Source: Nitrospinota bacterium
Lineage (GTDB): Bacteria; Nitrospinota; Nitrospinia; Nitrospinales; VA-1
Direction of reading: 5' to 3'
Assembly (NCBI GenBank): GCA_027619975.1
Contig: JAQCGX010000007.1
Coordinates: 22,330 to 86,329, forward strand
Length of the DNA: 64,000 nt
Shown here: one piece after another, positions 8,128-17,483 of the stretch
Numbering within the stretch: the stretch's first letter is position 1
How the letters are laid out: every line of letters begins with the position of its first letter
Notes under the pieces: generated by a model
Database searches by the model: none
The model's input: the letters and a program-made list of their open reading frames with translations, nothing else
What the model was told of the DNA's origin: nothing
Translations under genes and position numbers: made by a program

Positions 8128-10047
8128 CTAGCTCGAAATCTTTGGCGGTTTGATCAGGTAGGTGTATCCGTTGAGCCCTTCTTTATACAAGGCAAGAAAA
8201 TCATCCGCTTCTTTCTGGGTGAGATTGCCTTTTTCTACGCTGGCGATGAGAAATCCCGCTATCCGTCCCGCCAGCTCATCCGCACGGAACTGAACATAAT
8301 CGAGAACGTCGGCGACGTCTTCCCCTTCGATGATCTGTTCGTAGTTTAAGGAACCGTCTTCATTCAGGGATACGTGAAAGGTGTTGGTGTCCCCGAACAG
8401 GTTGTGCAGGTCGCCCAGGATTTCCTGGTAGGCGCCGATCAGGAAAATTCCCAATTGATAGGGTTCTCCGGGCCTTAGAGAATGCACGCGCAGGGTTTTT
8501 TCCGTTCCGCGGTTGTTGCCGATGAAGAGGTCGATGCGTCCATCGGAGTCGCAGGTGAGGTCTTCCAGCGTCGCTTCGCGGTCCGGTTCTTCGCCCAGAC
8601 GGTGAATAGGAATGACCGGAAACACCTGGTCGATGGCCCAGGAATCCGGCACTGATTGGAACACGGAAAAATTGCAGAAATATTTGTCCGCCAGTTTTGT
8701 TTTCAGGGATTTGATTTCATCCGGCAGGAATTTTAGCCGGGTCGCCATTTTATCCACCTTGCGGCAGATGCCCCAGAAGATGCGTTCGACCAGCGCCCGG
8801 TGTTCCAGAGAAATGATGCCCATGAGAAACCGGCTCTGGGCTTCTTCTTTCAGGTGAACCGCATCGTGCCAGGATTCGATGAGATTTTTGTTGGATGTGC
8901 TTTTGAGAACGTCAAAGATTTCGTGGACAACATCGGGGGCGCTCTCTTCGATTTTGGTCTGGTCGTTCCATTCGGGAAATGAGGTGACGTCCAGCACATT
9001 GACCACCAGCAGTGAGTGATAGGCGGTCATCGCCCGGCCCGATTCCGAGATGATATTAGGATGTGGCAGGTCATCTTTTTCGCAGATTTCCAACAGGTGG
9101 TAGACCACGTCGTTGGCATATTCCTGCACCGTATAGTTGGTGCTGGAATGGTAGGTGGACTTGGACCCGTCGTAATCCACGCCCAGACCGCCGCCGACAT
9201 CGATGTGCTGGATATTGCATCCCTGCTTCTTCAGTTCCGAATAATACCGGCCCGCTTCCTTCAAACTGTTTTTAATGCGACGGATGTTGGTGATCTGGCT
9301 GCCCAGGTGGAAATGAATCAGTTTAATGCAATCGAGAATATCGTAATCCTTGGCGATTTTCAGGGCATCCACCAGTTCCATGGGGTTCAATCCGAATTTG
9401 GAGTATTCCCCTGCGGATGAGGCCCAGCGTCCCGACCCGGCGCTGACCAGCTTGATTCGCAATCCGATGTTCGGGCGCACCCCGACTTCTTTTGCGACCT
9501 GGAAGATCAGATCCAGCTCGTCGAGTTTTTCGACCACGATAAAAACTTGTTTGCCCAGTTTCTGGCCCATCAAGGCAAGCCGGATGAAAGGCTCGTCTTT
9601 GTAGCCGTTGCAGATCAACAAGGCCTCGGGGTTGTCCATGATGGCGAGGATAGCGTGGAGTTCCGGTTTGGACCCCGCTTCCAGGCCGATGTTGTAGGGG
9701 CGGCCAAATTTGACGATTTCTTCCACCACCTGCCGTTGCTGATTCACTTTGATGGGATACACGCCGTGGTATTGTCCCTGGTATTTATACTCGTCGATGG
9801 CGTTTTGGAAAACGGTGGCCAGGTTGGTGATGCTGGATTTGAGAATATCGGAAAACCGGAGCAGAACCGGCAGGGAATAGCCTTTGGCTTGAATGTCATC
9901 CACCAGATGCTTCAGGTCGATCACTTGCGGGTTGTTTGGCTTGGGCTGAGCCACCATGTGGCCCTGGTCGTTGATATCAAAATAACCTGCGCCCCAACCG
10001 TAGACGTTATAATGTTCTCGGGCATCCTCGATGGACCATTTCTGCAT
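8128..10047 (-). CDS. speA: Biosynthetic arginine decarboxylase
   Basis: YPIKVNQ, LEAGSKPEL, HFHLGSQI, DVGGGLGVDYDG, TCDSDG. Start taken at MQKWSIED. Confidence 0.97.
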   Translation of the reverse strand: MQKWSIEDAREHYNVYGWGAGYFDINDQGHMVAQPKPNNPQVIDLKHLVDDIQAKGYSLPVLLRFSDILKSSITNLATVFQNAIDEYKYQGQYHGVYPIKVNQQRQVVEEIVKFGRPYNIGLEAGSKPELHAILAIMDNPEALLICNGYKDEPFIRLALMGQKLGKQVFIVVEKLDELDLIFQVAKEVGVRPNIGLRIKLVSAGSGRWASSAGEYSKFGLNPMELVDALKIAKDYDILDCIKLIHFHLGSQITNIRRIKNSLKEAGRYYSELKKQGCNIQHIDVGGGLGVDYDGSKSTYHSSTNYTVQEYANDVVYHLLEICEKDDLPHPNIISESGRAMTAYHSLLVVNVLDVTSFPEWNDQTKIEESAPDVVHEIFDVLKSTSNKNLIESWHDAVHLKEEAQSRFLMGIISLEHRALVERIFWGICRKVDKMATRLKFLPDEIKSLKTKLADKYFCNFSVFQSVPDSWAIDQVFPVIPIHRLGEEPDREATLEDLTCDSDGRIDLFIGNNRGTEKTLRVHSLRPGEPYQLGIFLIGAYQEILGDLHNLFGDTNTFHVSLNEDGSLNYEQIIEGEDVADVLDYVQFRADELAGRIAGFLIASVEKGNLTQKEADDFLALYKEGLNGYTYLIKPPKISS

Positions 10048-10270
10048 GACGGGGTTTCCAGGGAAAGGGTTGCGGATTGGTGGGCCAGACATAATGATAA
10101 CAAAAGATTTAAAATCATGGATTTTGCAATAAATGTCAAACTAAAAACAAACCCTGGCAAAAGAAATTTTCTGCCCCGTCAAATTGTGATATAAATTTCC
10201 GGATACGGTTATAAATTCAGAAGTTGTAAGAGTTCCTCCACTTAACTAAAGTTCGCTTTCGAGAAAATCA

Positions 10271-11533
10271 ATGAAAATAGAAAATGTCGATGTCCGGGAC
10301 ATTGCCCGTAAATTCGGGACTCCCGTTTATGTTTACAGTCTGGATACCCTGCGCCGGTCTATTGCCGAAATCAAGCAACTGTCGCCTGTGACCCGTTTTG
10401 CGATGAAGGCCTGCTCCAATGTGCGGGTTCTGCAGGAAATGCTCGATCAGGGCATCAAGATCGATGCGGTTAGCGTATTCGAAGTCAAACGCGCCTTGCG
10501 GGCGGGTTTCAAGCCAGCGGATATCTGCTTTACCAGCGATGTGTTTTTTAACTCGGACGACGTCCGGTTTTGCCTGGAAAACGATATATTCGTCAACTGC
10601 GGAACTCTGGGAATGGTCGCCGAATATGGGCAGGGGTGGCAGGAATCGAAGATGGGGTCGAATCGGATCTCCATCCGCATCAACCCCGGCGAAGGGCATG
10701 GGCACTCCAAAAAAACCAACACAGGTGGTCCTTACAGCAAACACGGAATCTGGCACGAAAATCTGGATGAGGTCAAGCGCATCGCCGGGACGTATGGGCT
10801 GATCATCTCTGGCGTTCACATGCATATTGGCTCCGGCGGTGACATGGAACATTTAAAACGCATCACCGGCAAGCTGGTGGAATTTGCCGAAGAATTCGAC
10901 GACCTGCAAACCATCAATTTTGGCGGCGGCCTGCCTTATCAATACAACCCGGATCTGCCGCAGGAAGATATCTTCGGATATAAAGATATTCTCGCCGAAC
11001 GCATGAAGGTTTTGAATGACTTCTTCGGGCGCGAGATCACCTGCGAAATCGAACCGGGAAGACGGTTCGTCGCCGGATGCGGTTACCTGTTAGGAGAGGT
11101 ACGTTCGCTCAATCATACCTTTGAGGAAGACGGAACACGCCTGGACTATGTATTAACCAATATCGGGTTCTGCCATTTGATCCGCCCGATGGCCTACGGG
11201 TCGTATCATCCCATGTGGTTTGTGGGCGACGATCTGGGGCCGGAGCAGGACATCATCGTTGCCGGCCCTGTGTGCGAGTCGGGCGATGTGCTGACCCAGG
11301 AAAATGAAGAACCCGTTGCCCGCAGGCTTCCCATGCCAAAAACTGGGGATCTGATCGTGGTGGGCGGGGCAGGGGGCTATGGGTTCGTCATGTCATCCAA
11401 TTACAACACCCAACCCCTCATACCGGAGGTGATGGTGGATGGCGACAAGCTCATCCTGACACGCCGCCGACAAACGCTGGATGACATTTTACAGGAAGAA
11501 ACCGATGCGGCGCTGAGGCAAGGCCTGGGATGA
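10271..11533 (+). CDS. lysA: Diaminopimelate decarboxylase
   Basis: FAMKACSN, RINPGEGHGHSKKTNTGG, HMHIGSG, EPGR, GPVCESGD, MSSNYN. Confidence 0.94.
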   Translation: MKIENVDVRDIARKFGTPVYVYSLDTLRRSIAEIKQLSPVTRFAMKACSNVRVLQEMLDQGIKIDAVSVFEVKRALRAGFKPADICFTSDVFFNSDDVRFCLENDIFVNCGTLGMVAEYGQGWQESKMGSNRISIRINPGEGHGHSKKTNTGGPYSKHGIWHENLDEVKRIAGTYGLIISGVHMHIGSGGDMEHLKRITGKLVEFAEEFDDLQTINFGGGLPYQYNPDLPQEDIFGYKDILAERMKVLNDFFGREITCEIEPGRRFVAGCGYLLGEVRSLNHTFEEDGTRLDYVLTNIGFCHLIRPMAYGSYHPMWFVGDDLGPEQDIIVAGPVCESGDVLTQENEEPVARRLPMPKTGDLIVVGGAGGYGFVMSSNYNTQPLIPEVMVDGDKLILTRRRQTLDDILQEETDAALRQGLG

Positions 11534-11605
11534 GGTTGTTGCCGGTTGCGTTGTGGTCATAGCTCCCCTTCATTGAAGGGGTGATTGAAACCACCGATGA
11601 ACCCA

Positions 11606-11630
11606 CCCTTCGACAGCCTCAGGGTGACGG
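11606..11630 (+). repeat. REP-like palindromic unit CCCTTCGACAGCCTCAGGGTGAC
   Basis: Same family as the units inside 12535-12608 and at 57455-57478 and 57538-57562. Confidence 0.6.
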
Positions 11631-11660
11631 TTTGAGTGAGGGGCAAAGGTCATTTGCCGC

Positions 11661-11966
11661 TTAAAACAACCCATCCACTTTCTGCGCCATCTGTACGTCC
11701 GCCAGGGTGACGCCGCTGACTGTATGCGTCCAGTAGCGGACGGTGATGCGCTTGTAGTGGATGAAAATGTCCGGGTGGTGGTTGTTGGCCTCCGCTAACT
11801 CCGCCACCTTCTGCACAAAGGCAATGCCTTCCATATACTTGTGCGCGTGTTTCACTCGTTCTATGAAGGGAACGCCCTTTTCGTTTTTTCCGGTTTTCCA
11901 CTCGGGAGCCATTTCTTTTAGTTTTGCTTTCAGCTCCGTTTGAGTGAGTGCAATTTTCTCTACCAT
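11661..11966 (-). CDS. Pterin-4-alpha-carbinolamine dehydratase family protein
   Basis: AE..NHHPDI and YWTH..SGVT..D motifs. AAGGAGG RBS before MVEK. Confidence 0.9.
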   Translation of the reverse strand: MVEKIALTQTELKAKLKEMAPEWKTGKNEKGVPFIERVKHAHKYMEGIAFVQKVAELAEANNHHPDIFIHYKRITVRYWTHTVSGVTLADVQMAQKVDGLF

Positions 11967-12330
11967 TGAAACCCTCCTTTTCAATAACGCAGACCGCAGA
12001 TCAAAAAACAAAACCCTTTTTCACCGCAGAGGGCGCAGAGAAAACCTTATATACCACCCTCACCCAGCCCTCTCCCATGAGGGAGAGGGATTCATTTGAA
12101 TCAAAAGAATTCCTCGTAGCTCTGCTACGGGGTTTCCTTTCACATTCCCCTCCTTTCACATTCCCCTCCTTTGCAAGGAGGGGTTAGGGGAGGTTATAAA
12201 AAAACTACCTTTAAATACCCCGCCCCTTGGGGCGGGGATCATTTATTTTCCTCTCCTCCACTGGAGGAGAGGATTGAGGTGAGGAGGAATAATAAAATTT
12301 TCCTCTGCGTTATTGTCCATAGTGATTAAA

Positions 12331-12661
12331 GGGTATCTCTAAAAATTGACTAAATGCTCCTAATCGTCAATTTAAGGAGATGGTTTTGTTCTAGTGGGAC
12401 AGGCGACCTGCCCTTAAATTTAAGGATAGGTCGCCCATGCCACTGACACAAGAAATCCTTGTACAATGTTCGATTTCCTGTAATAAACTAATTTTTAGCA
12501 GGTTGCTGAAAAACTATTTTTACAGCCCATAACTGTCACACAGAGCCTGTCGAAGTGTGAAAACAGCCTGTATTATCAAAGTCATACTTCGACAGGCTCA
12601 GCATGACAACAGTGGAAGTCCTCGTGTTTGGGACTTTTTCAGCAACCTGTTAGAGATTTCT
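12331..12661. mobile_element. MITE family A copy, interrupted by MITE B
   Basis: 12331-12498 aligns closely with 38094-38260. Ends GGGTATCTCTAAAAAT ... ATTTTTAG|AGATTTC. Confidence 0.85.
12499..12649. mobile_element. MITE family B (151 bp) with perfect 15-bp TIRs and a TTAG target duplication
   Basis: CAGGTTGCTGAAAAA ... TTTTTCAGCAACCTG flanked by TTAG at 12495-12498 and 12650-12653. Confidence 0.85.
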
Positions 12662-12770
12662 TAAATTGATTTATCCTGTTGATCCTGTAAATCCTGTCGA
12701 AATCATTTTATTTTGGTTTTCTCTGTGTCCTCTGCGATGAAAATTTTTTATCTGTGTTTCCAGCAGTTTA

Positions 12771-13034
12771 TTATTTGCCTTCCCGCACGATTTTTTCAAG
12801 CTTCTTCCTGAGGGTGATCGGGTGCACCTTGTAGACGAAACTTTCGACACCGTTGATGTTAACCACCGGGATTTTTTCCTTATATTGCTCGAACAGCTCC
12901 GGGTCGGATTCAATATCGATCATTGTTAGTTCGACGGAAAAATTTCCGATGACCTGCTCGACGATGGCCTTGGCTTCATCGCACAGACAGCAGTCGGTTT
13001 TGGTCAGAATTTCTATGGTGATGGGAGTTTGCAT
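12771..13034 (-). CDS. Glutaredoxin-like protein (DUF836 type)
   Basis: TKTDCCLCDEAK CxxC motif and IDI..DPELFEQY..KIPVV. Confidence 0.85.
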   Translation of the reverse strand: MQTPITIEILTKTDCCLCDEAKAIVEQVIGNFSVELTMIDIESDPELFEQYKEKIPVVNINGVESFVYKVHPITLRKKLEKIVREGK

Positions 13035-13058
13035 TGGAGCTACGAGTGGAAATGCGGT

Positions 13059-14072
13059 TTACATCTCGTGGGTCATGGTGGTGACGGAACCCCAGATGAT
13101 GAGACCGATCATCAGCACGATCAGAAAGCCCATCAGGAAAGTCGCCAGGGGCCGTTTTTTCCAGTGAACCTCCTTGTTGCGGTCCACAAACGGGATGGCC
13201 AGAAATGTCAGGATGAGCACCAGGGGAGCGACTACCAGCGAAGGAACCCATAAATTTTCCAGCGCGTACAGCCAAACAAACTGCCACGGCGGCTTGGTGA
13301 CTTCTAATCCTATAACGGCTTTTTCACCCAACGGCGGCGCGATGGTTAAAGCCAGCAGGCAGATGACGGCAAACATCCCGGCTCCGGCGCGGGTCAGATA
13401 GCACAGGTGCTTGGAAAATGGAATCGTGCGCCCGCCTTGTGGTTGGTCCGGCTTTGGCGACACCTTGTGCAGTTTCATGTAAAAAAGGTGCAAGCCCAGA
13501 ATCGGGATGAGTATCAACGGCAACATGGAGATGTGAGCCATATAGATTCTGCTGAGCAGTGGAACCCCCTGTGCAAACGCTTCGGTCAGCGGGAATCCTA
13601 AAATTCCCATTCTCTCGACGGTCCAGAGAAAGTGGTCCAGCGCTTCGTAGGCTTCCTGATCCCATTTGAGCACGGTGCCGGTGAACAGCAGGTTCACAAT
13701 AATGAGAAGCAGAACGATGCCGGTCAGCCAGTTGACTTCGCGTGGATTTTTATAAGAAGCCGTGAAATAGACGCGCAACATGTGGAGCATCATGGTCACG
13801 GTCAAAACCTCCGCCGACCAGAAATGAATGCCTCTTAGGAACCATCCCAAATACACCTGATCCACCAGGTAATGCAGGCTCTGGTTGGCGCGTTCGGGAT
13901 CGGGAGTGTAAAACTGGGCCAGCAAAAAGCCGCTGATGATGAGAAGTTTTATGGAGACAAGGGACATCCCGCCAAGAGAATAGGGGATGGAGTTGGCGTG
14001 TTCCTCAATATCATATTCCAGGAGGTTCAAGCCGAGACGGTGCTTGATGGTTTCCAGTAAGCCGTTGGGCAT
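13059..14072 (-). CDS. Cytochrome b/b6-like protein (N-terminal domain plus subunit IV-like region)
   Basis: Four heme His in LRGIHFW..LHMLRV and [20 protein letters not shown] present. KPPWQF replaces PEWY. Confidence 0.88.
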   Translation of the reverse strand: MPNGLLETIKHRLGLNLLEYDIEEHANSIPYSLGGMSLVSIKLLIISGFLLAQFYTPDPERANQSLHYLVDQVYLGWFLRGIHFWSAEVLTVTMMLHMLRVYFTASYKNPREVNWLTGIVLLLIIVNLLFTGTVLKWDQEAYEALDHFLWTVERMGILGFPLTEAFAQGVPLLSRIYMAHISMLPLILIPILGLHLFYMKLHKVSPKPDQPQGGRTIPFSKHLCYLTRAGAGMFAVICLLALTIAPPLGEKAVIGLEVTKPPWQFVWLYALENLWVPSLVVAPLVLILTFLAIPFVDRNKEVHWKKRPLATFLMGFLIVLMIGLIIWGSVTTMTHEM

Positions 14073-14102
14073 GGGAAGCGTGCCTCCTTAAGAGGATCAA
14101 GA

Positions 14103-14507
14103 TTATTCGTTGGGACGTTTGAACTGCAAGACTCCAAAAATAAGACCGGCGAATAGAGTGATTCCAACCGCCACTCCATAGCCCTTCTGTTTGGGAGACA
14201 CCCATTCACGCTTGGCGATTTCGACCGTAGGCATTTTATGGTCCATAGCGCCCATCGCGTCATGATCCATCGACTCCATCGTTGGCATTTCTGCACTGAG
14301 GGAATCGGTGTTAGAAAGTGGAAACAGACCGGCTTCGCCTGACGAGGCTCCGGTATCTTCTTCCATCGAGTAAATGGAACTCTCGGCGGCGGGCGCTTCC
14401 ATTTCCACGGCCTCTTTTTTATGACCGCCATGCGCGTAGGCACCACTCATGGGAGAGGAAATGAACAACAACCCAAGAATAAGAATAGTGAGTGGGTATT
14501 TAAGCAT
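14103..14507 (-). CDS. Exported His/Met-rich protein with C-terminal membrane anchor
   Basis: Signal peptide ending AYA-HGGH, then MPTMESMDHDAMGAMDHKM, then a C-terminal TM helix. Confidence 0.75.
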   Translation of the reverse strand: MLKYPLTILILGLLFISSPMSGAYAHGGHKKEAVEMEAPAAESSIYSMEEDTGASSGEAGLFPLSNTDSLSAEMPTMESMDHDAMGAMDHKMPTVEIAKREWVSPKQKGYGVAVGITLFAGLIFGVLQFKRPNE

Positions 14508-14508
14508 G

Positions 14509-15072
14509 TCAGGTTCCCAGGACCAATTGCGCGAAAGATTCCATCATTTCATCGGTGGCCCAGTCATCGGGGCCGATCTTTTTGAATACGATAATGCCTT
14601 CCCGGTTGACGATAAAGGTTTCCGGAACGCCCGTGGTTTTATAGTTTTTTTTGGCGACCTTGCTTTCAGGATCGAGCAAGACGGGAAAGGTCAGATTGTA
14701 TTTTTTCATAAACGGTTCTATCAGCGATTGGTCTTTATCCACGCTGATGGTCAGCATTTCAAAGCCGTGGTCTTTATATTTCTGATAGAGCTTTTCCATC
14801 GAGGGCATTTCCACTTCGCAGGTACTGCACCAGGTGGCCCAAAAGTTAATAAAAACCACTTTTCCCCGATAATCCAGAAGGCTGACCTTGTCGCCAGAGA
14901 GCGATTCCAGTTCAAACGAAGGCGCCAGAAAGGCTTCCGCAGGATACTCTACTTTGAAAGGCTCCAATTCTACCTTATTCAAGAAGGTGATGAAAATCGA
15001 AAGCAGCGCGGCAACCAAAAACGCGTAGGGAATGTAGATGCTGATGGGTTTGTTTTCCAGAGCTTTTTCCAT
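14509..15072 (-). CDS. TlpA/ResA-family thiol:disulfide oxidoreductase
   Basis: N-terminal TM, INFWATWCSTCEVEMP, GVPETFIVN. Confidence 0.92.
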   Translation of the reverse strand: MEKALENKPISIYIPYAFLVAALLSIFITFLNKVELEPFKVEYPAEAFLAPSFELESLSGDKVSLLDYRGKVVFINFWATWCSTCEVEMPSMEKLYQKYKDHGFEMLTISVDKDQSLIEPFMKKYNLTFPVLLDPESKVAKKNYKTTGVPETFIVNREGIIVFKKIGPDDWATDEMMESFAQLVLGT

Positions 15073-15087
15073 GAGACCAGTAATTTG

Positions 15088-15555
15088 CTAAAGAGATCGG
15101 GGTTTTGGAGGAGGACGGTAGAATTTTTTATCCACCGCAATAATGATCTCATCCAAAGTGAAGCCTTTTTTATAAAGTTCGTAAGCGTAAAGCACTTCAT
15201 TGATACAGGTGTCGCATTTTGCCCCGTGCTTGTTGGTGAAACACGTTAATAAGGTTTTATGCTGTTTCTCCTGTTTGCAATAACAGTAACAGAACTGGCT
15301 GTCCAGTATTTTGGGTATTTCCGCCGCAATTCTGTATGCCTGAGCCACTTTTCCGGTAAATAGCGCAGGGGATAGGATCGGACGGGTTTCAACGAGAAAC
15401 CCTGTTGCCGGGGCCACGGGGTCAACATATCCGGTAGATTTGGTCGCAAAATAGACGCCTGCCAAAAAAATCAAGACCCCCACAGCTAATCCGGGCAAAG
15501 CAAATTTGCGTTTATTTTTTGATGCTGAATTTTTATTTCGGGAGTTTTTTCCCAT
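15088..15555 (-). CDS. CYCxC / PCYCGC-like Cys-rich membrane-anchored protein
   Basis: AYRIA..IP..L.SQFCYCYC....HKTLLTCF...HGAKCDTC. Confidence 0.8.
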   Translation of the reverse strand: MGKNSRNKNSASKNKRKFALPGLAVGVLIFLAGVYFATKSTGYVDPVAPATGFLVETRPILSPALFTGKVAQAYRIAAEIPKILDSQFCYCYCKQEKQHKTLLTCFTNKHGAKCDTCINEVLYAYELYKKGFTLDEIIIAVDKKFYRPPPKPRSL

Positions 15556-15696
15556 ATTATTTTTTTGGAGAAAAGAGTTATTTGGGATGAATATTATTGA
15601 TTTCTAATGATTATATGGATTGCTCTCCAGGGATTCAAGGGTTTTAAATGATACTTTATGTCGTCATATAGGACGATGCATCATTGATGAAACCCT

Positions 15697-16383
15697 TTAT
15701 CTAATCACCAGATACCATTTGCTCAGAATCCTCGGGGGAAAGCCCAGAAGGAATAAAGCGGCGATGACTATATTTCTCAAGGTGGTAAATACGATGCCCT
15801 CTGTGCGCCAGCGCCGGGCGGATGTGAACGTTTTTTCTTCCAGCAGAACAGTGGGGCCTTTTTTCTGGAGCCGTCTGAAAAAATCCAGATCCTCACAAAT
15901 GGGCAGGCAGGCAACCCCCCCCATCTCCCGGAATACATGAGTTCTCACAAAAATTGCCTGATCGCCGTAAACCAGGTGAAGGTATTTCGATCGCAGTGTG
16001 GCCAGGGTGGAAATCAATCTCAAGGAAGGTTTATCCGACTCAATCGCGAGGCTGAAGGCTCCGCCCAGAGAGTTTCCCCGTTTCATGACAGCCACCATTT
16101 TTTTGTAGCTTTTCGCATCCACCTGGCTGTCTGCGTGCAGAAATAGCAAGAGTTCTCCAGTTGCAGTCCGGGCTCCCGCATTCATTTGCAGAGCGCGACC
16201 GGGAGGGCTGTTGACAATCCGCAGGCTGAAACTTTTAGCGATATCGAGCGTGTCGTCCTGACTGCCGCCATCGGCGATGATCACCTCGTGGGGAGAGTGC
16301 TGGTTGATTGCCGTGAGCGTCTGATTCAGGATGAGTGCTTCATTGAGGGTGGGTATGATGACCGAGATTTTCACAAATCGCAT
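15697..16383 (-). CDS. Glycosyltransferase family 2, TIGR04283-like
   Basis: ISVIIPTLNEA, DGGSQDDT, GRALQMNAGA, LLFLHADS, YGDQAIFVR, TSARRW. Confidence 0.85.
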   Translation of the reverse strand: MRFVKISVIIPTLNEALILNQTLTAINQHSPHEVIIADGGSQDDTLDIAKSFSLRIVNSPPGRALQMNAGARTATGELLLFLHADSQVDAKSYKKMVAVMKRGNSLGGAFSLAIESDKPSLRLISTLATLRSKYLHLVYGDQAIFVRTHVFREMGGVACLPICEDLDFFRRLQKKGPTVLLEEKTFTSARRWRTEGIVFTTLRNIVIAALFLLGFPPRILSKWYLVIR

Positions 16384-16679
16384 CCGCCGAAAAAACACCT
16401 TTTCATGAGAAAGAAGCGGTAATTTTTGCATTTTAACGCTTCAATAGGAGGCCAGTAAATCATAAAGTTAGGCCCGATGCAATGTCATTGCACTACCACA
16501 ACTTAGTGCCCGCAGACTCTCTTTAACTTGGGCTGCCGGGTGGGCCGGAACTATGAATTTTGTTTTGAAATTGGCTTTTCGGGACTATTAGGAATTGAAA
16601 TGTTATAATCAATGCGCTATAGATAAAGAGGTCAATTGAGGACCCATTAATTGATCCTGTCATTTTCCTAAAAAAAGCC

Positions 16680-17462
16680 ATGCTGGCCCACTTTATAGAT
16701 TCCAAGCCATTTCAATGCGGGTATTTTAAGAACCGCGACTCCCTTTTTGAAGAATATCTTCTGGAAGATGTTTCAGAAGTGGAATTTGAGTACTTATTGG
16801 CGCATGGAATGCGGCACTTTGGCGATTACTTTTTTCGCCCCCGGTGCAAGGATTGCTATCAATGCATTCCCATCCGTGTCAGGACCGAAGATTTTCTAAT
16901 GACCCGCAGTCAAAAACGTTCGCTCAAGGCCTGCAAAGATGTAAAAATTGTCGTAGACAAACCCCAGTATTCTGATAAGAAATTCAAACTCTACCTGAAT
17001 CATAAAAAGCGCTTTCAGGCGCTTCAGGACGATGTGGAAGACGAACAGAATTTCCGGCTTTCTTTTTACGTCAATACCCCGTTCGGAATCGAATTTGAAT
17101 ATTATCTGGACGGCAAACTGATTGGGGTGGCCCTTGGCGACCACACTTCAAACACGTTTTCGGCGATTTATACGTTTTATGATTCACCGGACACCAGGAT
17201 AGGGCTGGGAACCTTCAGCATTCTGCAACAACTGGAGTTTTGCCGACAGCAGCAGATCAAGTATTTTTATCTGGGATATTACATATCCAACAACATGTCG
17301 CTCATGTACAAGGCGGGGTTCAGGCCGAACGAAGTGTATATCGACAACGACTGGCGTCCCTTTAGGAACGTAAAAGGAGATTATCTGATCCCCACCGATA
17401 AGCTTCAATGGAAAAACTCTGAGTTTATCGTCAAAGCGGCGGCCCCTTTGGAATTGGCCTGA
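16680..17462 (+). CDS. bpt: Bacterial ATE1-like aminoacyl-tRNA-protein transferase (Asp/Glu leucyltransferase)
   Basis: CGY, G.RHFG..FFRPRCKDCYQCIPIR, SAIYTFYD, GLGTFSIL, YLGYYI, MYKAGFRP. Confidence 0.85.
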   Translation: MLAHFIDSKPFQCGYFKNRDSLFEEYLLEDVSEVEFEYLLAHGMRHFGDYFFRPRCKDCYQCIPIRVRTEDFLMTRSQKRSLKACKDVKIVVDKPQYSDKKFKLYLNHKKRFQALQDDVEDEQNFRLSFYVNTPFGIEFEYYLDGKLIGVALGDHTSNTFSAIYTFYDSPDTRIGLGTFSILQQLEFCRQQQIKYFYLGYYISNNMSLMYKAGFRPNEVYIDNDWRPFRNVKGDYLIPTDKLQWKNSEFIVKAAAPLELA

Positions 17463-17483
17463 TTCCCACCACCGGCACTTGCT

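Larger units (their letters stand above)
12018..12743. repeat. Composite of nested inverted-repeat (REP-like) families and MITEs
   Basis: Outer 29-bp inverted pair at 12018-12046 and 12715-12743. Inner pairs at 12056-12090/12250-12285 and 12107-12132/12214-12240. A 16-bp tandem duplication at 12136-12167 and ATCCTGT repeats at 12673-12698. Confidence 0.8.

Noticed and set aside
12018-12743. Possible CRISPR array in the repeat-rich interval
   Set aside because: The repeats are inverted and of different families, not identical direct repeats with unique spacers, and no cas genes are present.
15088-15555. Selenoprotein in the CYCxC/TlpA cluster
   Set aside because: The Cys motifs are read through as Cys in uninterrupted ORFs, with no in-frame TGA.
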